A stretch of 64,000 bases of DNA. Origin: the human T2T-CHM13v2.0 reference genome, Homo sapiens. The notes under the pieces are model-generated. The model searched no databases. It saw only the letters and a program-made list of their open reading frames with translations, and was not told where the DNA came from. The stretch lies in NCBI RefSeq assembly GCF_009914755.1, contig NC_060926.1. One strand, written 5' to 3'. This document shows, piece by piece, positions 42,640 to 54,734 of the stretch. Position numbers and translations under genes: made by a program. Numbering within the stretch: the stretch's first letter is position 1; every line of letters starts with the position of its first letter.

Positions 42640-45600
42640 TAGAAGAGAAAATATATATCAAAGCAGAAATAAATGGATTTGAAATGATGAAAGTAATACA
42701 AAAGATCAACTGAACAAAAAGGTGTTTTTTTCAAAATATAAACAAAATTGACAAACCTTTAGCTAGACTAACTAAAAAACAAAGAAAGAATGCCCAAATA
42801 AAATCAGAGATGAAAAAGGAAACATTAAAACTGATACCACAGAAGTTCAGAAGGTCATTAATATGAGCAACTATATGCCAATAAATTGGAAAATCTAGAA
42901 GAAATGTATAAATTCCTAGACACATACAAACTAGCTACAAGACTGAGCCATGAATAAATCCATAACCTGAACAGGTCAATAACAAGTAACAAGATTGAAG
43001 TTATAATAAAAAGTCTCCCAACAAAGAAAAGACTGGGACCAATGCCTTCACTGCTGAATTCTACCAAACAACTAAAGAAGAACAAATACCAATCCTACTC
43101 AAAGTATTCCAAAAAATAGAATAGGAGGGAATACCTTCAAACTCATTCTTCAAGGCCAGTATTATCCTCATACCAAAACCAGATACATCAAAAAAAAGAA
43201 AACAATAGGCCAATATCACTGACAAATATTGATGCAAGAAAATCCTTAACAAAATAATAGGAAACTGAATTCAACAACACATAAAAAATGTCATTCATCG
43301 TGACAAAATGAGATTTACCACAGGGAAGCAAGGATGTTTCAACATCTGCAAATTAATCAATGTGTGATACATCATATCAACAGACTGAAGAACAAAGACA
43401 ATATGGTCATTTCAACTGATTCTGAAAAATCATTTGACAAAATTCAACATCTCTTTATGATAAAAACCCTCAAAAAACTGGGTATAGGAGGAACCATAAT
43501 AAAAAGCATAATAAAAGCCATATATGATACATGCATAGCTAGTGACTGAATAGGGGAAAAATTGAAAGCCTTTCCTCTAACATCAGCAACACAAGGATGC
43601 CCGCTTTCACCACTGTTATTCAATATAGTACTGAAAGTCTTAGCTAGAGCTGTCAGATAAGAGAAAGAAATAAAGAGCATCCAAATTGGAAAGGAAGTCA
43701 AATTATCCTTGTTTGCAGACAAAATGATCTTATATTTGGAAATACCTAAAGACTCCATAAAAAAGCTCTTAGAATGGATGAACAAATTTCCAAAATCAAC
43801 ATACAAAAGTGAGTAGCATTTCAACAGCAAACAAACCAAAAAAGGAATCAAGAAAGTCATCCCATTTACATAGATACAAATTAAATAAAATACCTAGGAA
43901 TTAACTAAACAGGTGAAAGATGTCTGCAAAAAAGTATAAGACATTGATGAAAAAAATTGAAAAAGACATCAAAACTGGAAAGATACTCCATGTTCAATAT
44001 TATTAAAGTATCCATACTCTACCCAAAGCAATCTATAGATTTTATACAATCCCTATCAAAATGCCAATGACATTCTTCACAGAAATAGACAAAAAATCCT
44101 AATATGGAACCACAAAATACAAAGAATACCCAAAGCTATCCTAAGCAAAAACAACAAAACTGGGGGAATCATATAACCTGACTTCAAATTATACTACGGA
44201 ACTATAGTAAGCAAAACAGCATGGTACTGGCATAAAAACAGACACATAGATCAGTGGAACAAAATAGAGAACCCAGAGATAAATCTTTACATGAACTCAT
44301 TTTTGACAAAGGAGCCAATAATATGCATAGGAAAAATGGCAGTCTCTTTAATAATTGATGCTTAGAAAACTGAAAATCCACATGCAAATAAAAAAAATGA
44401 AAGTAGACCCTGTCTCTCGTCATATAAAATATTAAATCAAAATGGGTTAAAGATTTAAATCTAAGATCTCAAACTATTAAACTACTGCAAGAAAACATTG
44501 GGGAAACACTCCAGGATATTGGACTGGGCAAAGATTTCTTGAGTGATAACTCACAAGTACCACAAGTACAAGTAACAAAAGGAAAAAAGGTGGACAAATG
44601 GGATCACATCAAGTTAAAAAGCTTCTGCATAGCAAAGAAAACAACAATGTGAAAAGACAACCCACAGAATATGAGAAAATATTTGCAAACTACCCATCTG
44701 ACAAGAGTTTAGCAACCAGAATATATAAGGAATCAAACAACTTTGCAGAAAAAAAAAAATCTAAAAATTTCATTCAAAAAAATGGGCAAAAGACCTAAAC
44801 AGACATTTCTGAAAAGAAGACATACAAATGGCAAACAGGTATATGAAAAGGTGCTCAGTATAATTGATCATCAAAGACATGCAAATGAAAACTATAATCA
44901 GACATAATCTCGCCCTGGTTAAAATGACTTTTATCCAAAAGAAAAAAGATAACGAATGCTGAAGAGGATGTGGAAAAAATGAAAACTCTTGTACAATGTT
45001 AGTGGGAATGTAAATTAGTAGAACTACTATGGAGAACAGTTTGGAGGTTCCTCAAAAAAGCTAAACATAGAGCTACCATATAATCCAGAAATCCCACCTC
45101 TAGGTATATATCCAAAAGAAAGGAAATCTGTATATTGAAGAGATACCTGCATGCCTATGTTTGTTGTAGCACTGTTCACAGTAGCCAAGATTTGGAAGCA
45201 ACCTGTGGCCATCAACAGATGGATGGATAAAGGAAACACTGTATACACGATGAAGTACTATTCAGCCATGAAATACGAGATCAAAAATCATTTGACCAAA
45301 TTCAACATTTACAACAACATAGATGGAACTGAAGGTCATTATGTGAAGTGAAATAAGCCAGGCACAGAAAACAAATTTTACATGTTTTCACTTATTTATG
45401 GGAGCTAAAAATTAAAATAATTGCACTCATGGAGACAGAGAGTAGAGGGATGGTTACCAAAGGCTGGGAAGGGTAGTCAGGGAAGGTGGGGTGGAGGGGA
45501 GTGGGGATTTTTAATGGGTACAAAAAAATAGTTAGAAAGAATGAATAAGACCTAATATTTGCTACCACAACAGGGTAACTATAGTCAAAAATAATTTAAT

Positions 45601-45780
45601 TGTACATTTAAAAATAACTAAAAGGATATAATTGGTTTGTTTGGATTAATGTGTGGGGTAATGGTTACCCCATGTGCTCTGATGTGATTATTACATATTG
45701 CATACCTGTATAAAAATATTTTATATAACCCATAAATATATACACTTACTATGTGCACACAAAAATTAAAAAGAAAAAAA
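42640..45780 (+). mobile_element. 5'-truncated L1MA (MA3/4-like), ORF2 RT through 3'UTR
   Basis: Peptides [29 protein letters not shown] and [16 protein letters not shown]; 3' end 'cccataaatatatacacttactatgtgcacacaaaaattaaaaag'. Confidence 0.92.
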
Positions 45781-45789
45781 GTTAAAGAC

Positions 45790-46430
45790 CGAAGATCCTC
45801 TTGTGAATGATACACAATCAATATGGGGAGAGTGGCGTAGGAAGAGACGGGAGAGGCAGGTTGGGTCTCGAACACAAGGTGTCTGCTGGACCACGTGTGG
45901 AAGCATGGCTATTATTTTTAAGTGGAAAGGGAAGCCATTTGATGGTTTTAAGCAAGAGGGCAACAAAACATTTTGTGCTTTAAAATTATCATATTGGTTG
46001 CCGTGTGGAAAATGAAATTGATAGTGGTAAGATAGAGATGAAAACAGGAGGGTATTGCAGCCCTCCAGATGAAAAGCATTGGTAATATCCATCAGAAGTG
46101 AAAGACAGAAGTAGATGGCACAGGTTTTTGTGAAATAGCATAAAAACAACCGAGATTGGATAGATTAGAGGTGAGGGTAAGGGAGAGTCACAGGTTCCTC
46201 AGGACTGACATGTGACTGAGTGAATGCTGGTGCTATTAAATAATTTGGAAATGTCTGTGAGGAAAAGAAGCTACTATGAAAGGGAATTGGGAAGGGGTGA
46301 AATTAGTAGTTCAGCATAGTTGTATTAGGTATGAAATATCTTAGAGACAGCCAAGTGAAGATTTGGAAAAGACAATTGATACACAAATATAGAGCTTGAA
46401 AGAGAGGTTTAAGCTTAATGAGAGAAAATT
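45790..46430 (+). mobile_element. L2 remnant, probably continuing 42500-42630 across the L1 insertion
   Basis: 'gggaagccatttgatggttttaagcaag' and 'gaaatatcttagagacagccaagtgaagat' are typical decayed L2 motifs. Confidence 0.65.
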
Positions 46431-46859
46431 GGGAGTGTTTATCCTGTTATACCTTCCCATTAAAACAATATATCTTCTAAACATAATATAATAAAGCATA
46501 ATATAAACATACATATTATTCTATCTCCTTCCAATAAGGTGCCATATGTTGATTATAGTATAGAAGAAAAAGACAAATAGTTATAGACTATTTTTAAAAC
46601 ACCATGACAGTTGATTTGCTTTTTCTTTTTTGTTCTTTTGTCAATAATGCAATACATTTAATTATTTACATTTAACCCAGGAGAACTGAGGTTTAAAGAG
46701 GTTAATTAAATTGCTACAAGATCAATCAGCTTATAAGAGAGAGAACCAGGATTCAATCTTAGTTTTTTGTTAAGCCCATACTTTTTCTACACCAACTGTG
46801 ACATACATAAACACATATTTATTTGTTTTTTTACTTAATGAGATCTAAAAAATGAAATC

Positions 46860-47108
46860 GGATAACTTGAGGCCAGGAGTTCGAGACCAGCCTGGGCAAT
46901 ATTGTGAAACCCTGTCTCTACTAAAAATACAAAATTAGCTGGGTGTGGTGGTGCACCTGTAATCTCAGCTACTCAGGATGCTGAGGCAGGAGAACTGCTT
47001 AAGCCAGGAGGCAGAGGTTGCAGTGAGCTGAGATAGCACCACTGTACTCCAGCCCGGGTGATAGAATAAGACTCTAACAACTCAAAAAAAAAAAAAAAAA
47101 AAAAAAAA
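46860..47108 (+). mobile_element. 5'-truncated old Alu (AluJ/Sz-like)
   Basis: 'cttgaggccaggagttcgagaccagcctgggcaa...gcagtgagctgagatagcaccactgtactccagc' plus poly-A. Confidence 0.9.
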
Positions 47109-48659
47109 GGAAAGAAAGAAATGGTGCTATGAGTTAAGCAGTATTTTTATTTAGTTCAAATCAATCATGAATATTTTTTAAAAGTTCTATTTTGCCTATA
47201 ATTTCAAACAGTCTGGTAATTCAGTTTCATTACCATGGGGAAAAACACAATGAAAGCTGTATCTTGGTAGCCATTAGTTATTTCCAACAAAGAAACTTGG
47301 TATTTGGAGGGGGCTTAAGTGATTCCTTAAGGTAAGAATTACGCACTTGATAAAAATTCTGGCACTGTTTATAGTCAGAATTACCTGGAGTACTGGTATT
47401 TGCTGTTATTGCTATTTTTGATAAGGGGCAGGGTCAATGAGAAACATTGGGTCCTAAGAGGATTTTTCCAAAAGGCGATAATGCATTTTTTTACAACATG
47501 AACAGTTTTATTTCATTAGCTTATATAATTCTATGACATTTGGAAAATAAAGCAATTTTCCTTCACTATCTTTTTCTGAGGATTTTGGAGGAAACAGGAT
47601 TATGGTATGGGCATACTAGAGATATTTCTTTGTCTTCTTGCTGACACATGGAAATATTTTATTATCTTTCTGAAAATATTACAACAAAATCTAAACATTC
47701 TCTTTGATATAGTTTCTAATTTGTGTAACATAAGGAAGTTCCATTACATCTGAATGTGTAATTCTGCCCTTTCATATTTCAATCAACATCAGGGTCAATA
47801 ACAATCATAATGTTGGAGGCATTTTAAATACTGAAATTCTTTTTGAAATAAAATGAAATTATTTCATTCTTTCTCACTGTTCTACTAGGATATCATTTTA
47901 GAATATTAAAATTTTAGAATTAAAATTACATAAAATATAGTGGCTTCTACATTTTAAAAAAGGAGAGGGAGGAAGATAAAAAAGAAGAGGGAGGAAAAGG
48001 AGAGAGAGGAAGATAAAAAGAGCAGGTATTGCTGAGAGGTTAAGATAGTCCTTTAAGAGATTTTATGTGTGGTTTTCAACATATTATAATTTAGGACTTT
48101 TTTTATTTTAAAGATGATTAAAGTAAGACTCAGAAATATGAAATAATTAGCCCAAGCTAACACAATTAGAGCTGTGCAAGTTTCACACTTTAATTTGGAA
48201 GAAAACAGTTGTCTAAACTTCCTGAATCACTGAGAAGGACTTGATACACAATTTGCTTTTACCAATTGCTCTTAGAGATCTGTGGAAATCCTCAAATTTG
48301 AAAGTGGGAGTGAAGAATATAATGTCTGTGAAATAAAATAATTAGCATCAATGACATTTGAAAAACATAGAATCAGCTATTATTAACCTGATTCTTCATT
48401 CAGAGACACTTCAACGTGACTAGTATTTTATTGCTCAATGAACCTTGTATAAACATAACACTATTCATTTCTTCATTGGTATCTATTGGCTTTTTACTTG
48501 GGCTTAAAATTGTTACAAAAGCATCTTTTTTGTTCATATTTGCGTGGTATATCTTTGTGCATTACTTCATTTCCAAACACTCTGTATTCATTTGTTAAAA
48601 TATTTCTTTACTACACAAAGTATGATTATTTATTTGTTAAGTCTGAGAGACGCAGTCTT

Positions 48660-49945
48660 TTGAGGGGTGGATGTCCTGGGCTAGGATCTCTTGAAGCAGT
48701 GCTTGACATGAAATCCTGGTGTAAGTGATTACTGAAGGAAGGCTCTTACGAGAAATCTGTAAAAAAAAAAAAAACAAAAAACAAAAAACTTTGGAAAGCG
48801 GGTTAGAACTGGGGCAAAGAACTATTCAACTATGTACTTCTATTGATGTCCTACCTCCAGATAAATTAAGTGAGAAACTCAGAATCAGAGTTGTCCAAAC
48901 TCCAGACCGAGTTAGCTTTTCGTACTATGTATCAGTAAGTTATTTTCTGCAAGCCACCTCTGGGTAAAAGGCATTCGTTTTCATGCCTTTTCTGGTGAAT
49001 TGATTCCCTTTGATAAAAGCACTTTTCCAGACTGAAGCTGTAAGCCATCAGAGGCTTACATTCACTGCAGCTAGGGGTCCAGATACACTGGCAATGGATG
49101 GGATGTGGATATGACACCATGACATCTACTAGAGTCTATTGCTTGCACTGCTGAACCCATCTTACTTCTCAAATTAGTTCATTCAATCTGGGCACAGTTT
49201 CTCTAGGATTCTTCAGACACACTATCTAGGGGAAGTTTCAAGAGGAGGGTTTTTGGAATCCTTGATCTCAAGGCTCTTGTTAATGCTCAGCCTCTCCCTA
49301 TTTTACCACCAATTCTAAATTCCTGTTCCTTCCAGGAAAACTTCTGTTGGTGTGGGTGCCTTGTCTGGTGGGATAAAGAAGGCCATCATACCTAAGGTGA
49401 CTGAATTCCCAATTATTATGTCTGTATCAAGCCATTGTTTTTATCCTTAACCATTTGAAGGTAAAACTGTTAAAGTGAGTACGTAATTCATCATTTAAAT
49501 ATTCTATGTTTTTCTTGCTGCCCCCATTATGTAATAAGAGACATACTTCTCATGATGATGAAAGTCAGTAAACACTGGCAGTGTGTTAACTCTTTTCCTT
49601 GCCTGCTAGTTAACAGTCACAGGAGCCCAAGGTGAAAAGGATGTTTTAAATTTAGTGGGGATGGTGCTGAGTCCCCCACTGGAAGTAGTGGCATTCTAAG
49701 AATCAAATCCTTTAGAACTACAGAGCCTAATATTAAATAGAAAGAAACAAAAATTCCCCAAGTACATTACCAGGAGTGTCAGACATATGTAGTCTACACT
49801 TTGGGAAATAGAGCTGTATAATGAATATTGATATAAAGAATATATTGTACACAAAAGGGTAGTATACCATCACCTCAAGTTCTCACACTGAAGCTGATGC
49901 TCAGATGCACTTTAAAAAGACTGTTTCATTGCTATCAGACCAGAG
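48660..49945 (-). mobile_element. Ancient ERVL-class LTR plus internal remnant
   Basis: Higher-GC degenerate sequence resembling recalled LTR16/LTR33-type LTRs (48660-49130), followed by ERVL-like internal sequence; subfamily uncertain. Confidence 0.4.
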
Positions 49946-49949
49946 ATGC

Positions 49950-50790
49950 TATCACATTGTAATTTTGATTTGGATTTTCTTAATGACTAATGGTATTAGG
50001 AATCTTTGCCCCATGCTTATTTGTCATCTGTTTTTCCCCTTTTGAGAAATTTCTATTCAAATTCATTACTGATTTTGGAATTTGGTTTACATGCCTTTTT
50101 ATTATTGAGTTAAGGATGTTCTTTTTGTAGTCTGGATATCAGTCTCTTATCAGATATGCAATTTATAAATATTTTCTCCTATTCTGTGGTTTATCCATTT
50201 TATTATAGTATCATGCAATATAAAGGTTTTAATATTGAAGAAGTCCAATTTATCTATTATATCTCTAGCCTCTTATGCTTTCAATATCATATCAAAGAAA
50301 CAGCTGCCTAATGCAAGTTCACAAAGATTCACTCTTATCTTTTTTTCTAAGAGTTTTATAGTTTTAGGTCTTACATTTAGTCTCTAATTCACTTCCCAGC
50401 ACCGCATGTTGAAACAATTGCTCTTTTCTTACTCAATTATCAAGGTATCTTTATTTAAAATCATAATAATTTTAAATACATAAGTTCACCATAAATATGA
50501 GTTTAATTTTGTATGTTAAACTTTGTTCCACTGATCTATATTTATATTTGTGTCAGTATCACGATGCATTTATTACTGCAGCTATGTACTAAATTTTGAA
50601 ATCCACAAATGTGAGTCCTCCAACTTTGTTCTTTTTCAAGATTTGTTAGCCTATTTTAGTTTTCTTGCATTTTATATGAGTTTTAAGATCAGTTGTCAAT
50701 TTCTGTTAAAAGGTAAACTGGTATTTAGATAATAATCATATTGAATGTAGATAAATTTCAGGATCTTTACCATCTCAACAATATTAAGTT
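49950..50790 (-). mobile_element. Old L1 (L1MB/MC-like) ORF2 C-terminal fragment
   Basis: 'gaagtccaatttatctatt', 'gtgagtcctccaactttgttctttttcaagat'. Confidence 0.8.
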
Positions 50791-50794
50791 ATCA

Positions 50795-51613
50795 AAAAAT
50801 ATAAAGACCAGAAGAGAGATCCCAGAAATAAAAGCAAACATTTATGGTCAGCTGATATTTGACAAGGATGCTGAGAACACAAAGAAAAGAAAAGATAATC
50901 TGATCCATAAATAATGTTCAAAAAATTGTCTATCCATATGCTGAAGAATAAATTATACCCTTATCTCACACCACATGCAAAAATCAACTAAAAATGGATT
51001 ACAGACTTAAACATAAAAACTGAAGCTATAAAGCTACTAAGAGAAAACATACGGGTAAAGCTCCTTGACATTGGTCTGGGAAATAATTTTTTGGTAATCA
51101 CATCAAAAACACAGGCAACAATAGCAAAAAACAGATAAGTAAGATCATGTCAAACTAAAAAGTTTCTGCACAGCAAAGGAAACAATCAAAATAGTGAAAG
51201 GGAAACCTACAGAATGGAAGAAAATATGTGCAAACCATATATCTAATGTGGAGCTAGTATTCAAAATATATAATCAACTCATATAACTCAATAACAAAAA
51301 ATTCAAATAACCCAGCTTAAAAATGAGGAAAGAAGATCCTGAAGATATTTCACTAAGGAAAGCATACAAATGACCAATAGGTATATGAAAAGGTGCTGAA
51401 CATTACTAATTATTCGGGAAATGCAAATCAAAACCACAATGATATATTGCTTCATACCTCTGTAATTCGGTATTATCAAAAAGACAAAAGATAAGTTGAT
51501 GAAGATGTAGAGAAAAGGGAACACTTGCACACTGTTGTTGAGAATGTATTATAAATTAGTGCAACCATTATGAACAACAGTATGGAAATTCCTCAAAAAA
51601 TAAAAACTAGAAC
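50795..51613 (+). mobile_element. Old L1 (L1MA/MB-like) ORF2 C-terminal fragment
   Basis: 'caaactaaaaagtttctgcacagcaaaggaaacaatc', 'gaaatgcaaatcaaaaccacaatgata'. Confidence 0.85.
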
Positions 51614-52764
51614 ATAGAATGGAAGCACAGAAAGATGGCCAAATAGAAGCAACTTACCAGTATTGAATCATGAAGAAATTCAAAACCTGAACCATAATTA
51701 AAAATCTTGCAGCAAAGAAAAACTTGGGACCTGAAGGTTTTACTGCTGAATTCTATCAAACAATTAGAGAAGAACTAATACCAATCCTACTCAGACTGTT
51801 CTGCAAAATAGAGGAGGAGATAATACCTCTGCACTCATTCTACAAAGCAAATATTACCTTGATACCAAACCCAGACAAACACACACCAAAAAAAGAAAAC
51901 TACAAACCAATATCCATGATGAATATTGATGCAAAATCGTTGACAAAATATTAGCAAACTGAATTCAACACCACATTAAAAAGATCACTCATGACCAAAT
52001 CAGATCTATCCTGGGATGCAGGGATGGTTCAATGTATGCAAATCAATCAATGTGATACATCATATCAAAATAATGAAGGATAGAAAACCATATGATTATT
52101 TTAACTGATACTGAAAGAGGATTTGATAAAATTCAACATCTTTTCATAATTAAAAAAACAAGCAAAAACTGGTTATAGAAGGAATATATCTCAGCATAAT
52201 AAAAGCCATATATGTCACAAACATAGCTAATATCATATTGACTGGGGAAATACTGAAAGCCTTTCCTCTAGGATCTAGAATATAACAAGGGTGTTCATTT
52301 TCACCACTGTTATTCGGAATAGTACTGGAAGTCTTAGATTAACAATCAGAAAAAAAAAAGAAGTAGAGCATATACAAATTGAAAAGAAAGAAGTCAAATT
52401 ATCCTTGTTTGCAAATGATATAATCTTATATTTGGAAAATCGTTAAGACTCCAGCAAAAATATTTTAGAATGAATAAACAATTTCAGTAAAGCTGCAGGA
52501 TACAAAATCAACATAATAAAATAAATGGCATTTCTATATGTCAACAGCAAACAATCTGAAAATGAAATCAAGAAAGTAATCCTATTTACCAAAGTTACAA
52601 ATAAAATTAAATACCTAGGAATTAACTTAAATAAACAAGTGAAAGCTCCCTACAATAAAACTATAAAACATGGATGAAAGAAACTAAAGAAAATACCAAA
52701 AATGGCAAGGTATTCCATATCCATGGATTGGAAGAATCAGTATTGTTAAAATGTCCATACTACC

Positions 52765-53181
52765 TCTATTATTCCATTCTTGCACTGCTATAAAGAGAAA
52801 AGAGATGGGGTAATTCATAAAGAAAAGAGATTTAATTGTCTAATGATTCTGCAGGCTATATAGGAAGCATGACACTGGCATCTGCTTGGTTTTTGGAGAA
52901 GCCTCAGGAAAATTGCAGTTATGGTGTAAGGTGAAGGGGAAGCAAGCATGTCACCTGGCAAGAGCAGGAGCAAGAGAGAGCAACTGGGGAGGTGCTAACA
53001 CTTTTAATTGACAAAATCTCATGAGAATTATTGTGAGAAGTGTACCAAGAGGGATGATGGTAATTATTCATGAGAAATCCATCCGCATGTTTCAATCACC
53101 TCCTACCAGGCCCTACCTCCAACACTGGGGATCATATTTCAATATGAGATTTAGGCAGGAGCACACATCCAAACTACATCA
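52765..53181 (-). mobile_element. MSTA-like MaLR solo LTR
   Basis: 'ccattcttgcactgctataaag...cacatccaaactacatca'; 5-bp TSD ctacc at 52760-52764 and 53182-53186. Confidence 0.9.
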
Positions 53182-54098
53182 CTACCCAAAGCAAACTACA
53201 AATTCAATGCAATCCTTATCAAAATACCAAGAACATTCTTCACAGAAATAGAAGAAATAATCCTAAAATTTGCATGGAACCACAAAAGACCCAGAATAGC
53301 CAAAGCTATCCTAAGCAAAAAGAACGAAACTGGGGGAATCACATTATGTGACTTCAAATTATAAAACAGAGCCATAGTAATCAAAACAACAAGGTACTGG
53401 CATAAAAACAGACACATAGAACAGTGGAACAAGATTAAAAAAAAACCCAGAAACAAATCTTTACATCTATAATGAACTCATTTTTGCCAAAGTTGCCAAG
53501 AACCTACACTGGGGAAAGGACAGTCTCTTCCATAGATGGTGCTGGGGAAACTAGATATCTATATGTAGCAGAAAGAAACTAGACCCCTCTCTCCATAGAC
53601 AAAAATCGTATCAAAGTGGGTTAAAGATTTAAATGTAAGACCTCAAATTATGAAGCAACAGCAAAAGAAAAATTGAGGAAAATCTCCAAGACATTGGACT
53701 TGGCAAATATTTCTTGAGTAATACCCCACAAGCACAGTCAATCAAAGCAAAAATGGACAAATGGGATTACATCAAGTTAAAAAGCTTTTGCACAACAAAG
53801 AAAATAATCAATAAAGTGAGGAGACAATCCACAAAATGGGAGAAAATATTTACAAACTACCCATCAGACAAGAGATTAATAATCAGAGTATATAAGAAGC
53901 TCGAACAACTTTATAAGAAAAAAAGGAATAATCCAATTACAAAATTGGCAAAAGACTTGAATGAGCATTTCTCAAAAGAAGACATACAAATTGCCAATAA
54001 GTATATGAAAAGGTGCTCAACATTATTGTTTGTTAGAGAAATGCAAATCAAAACAAAATGAGGTATCATTTTACACCACCTAGAATGGCTTTTATCCA

Positions 54099-54421
<323 letters not shown>

Positions 54422-54734
54422 TTAAAAAATGGTGAAGATGTGGAGAAAAGAGACCCCTCATACACTGTTGGGGGGAATGTAAATTAGTGCAACTACTATG
54501 GAGAACAGTATGAAGGTTCATCAAATAACAAAAGATGGAACTACCATATGATCGAGCAATCCCACTACTGGATATTGATCGAAAGGAAATAAAATTAGTA
54601 GAGATATCCACACTCCCATGATTATTGCAGCACTATTCACAATAGCCAAGATTTGGAGGCAACCTAAATGTTACACTGATAGATGAATGGATGAAGACAA
54701 TGTGGTACATATACATAATGAAGTACATATTAGG

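Noticed and set aside
45464-45510. G-rich tract with G-quadruplex potential
   Set aside because: Standard polypurine tract of the L1 3'UTR
49950-51613. Opposite-strand L1 fragments meeting at ~50790, like a twin-priming inversion
   Set aside because: The fragments cover overlapping ORF2 consensus positions, so they are more likely independent insertions
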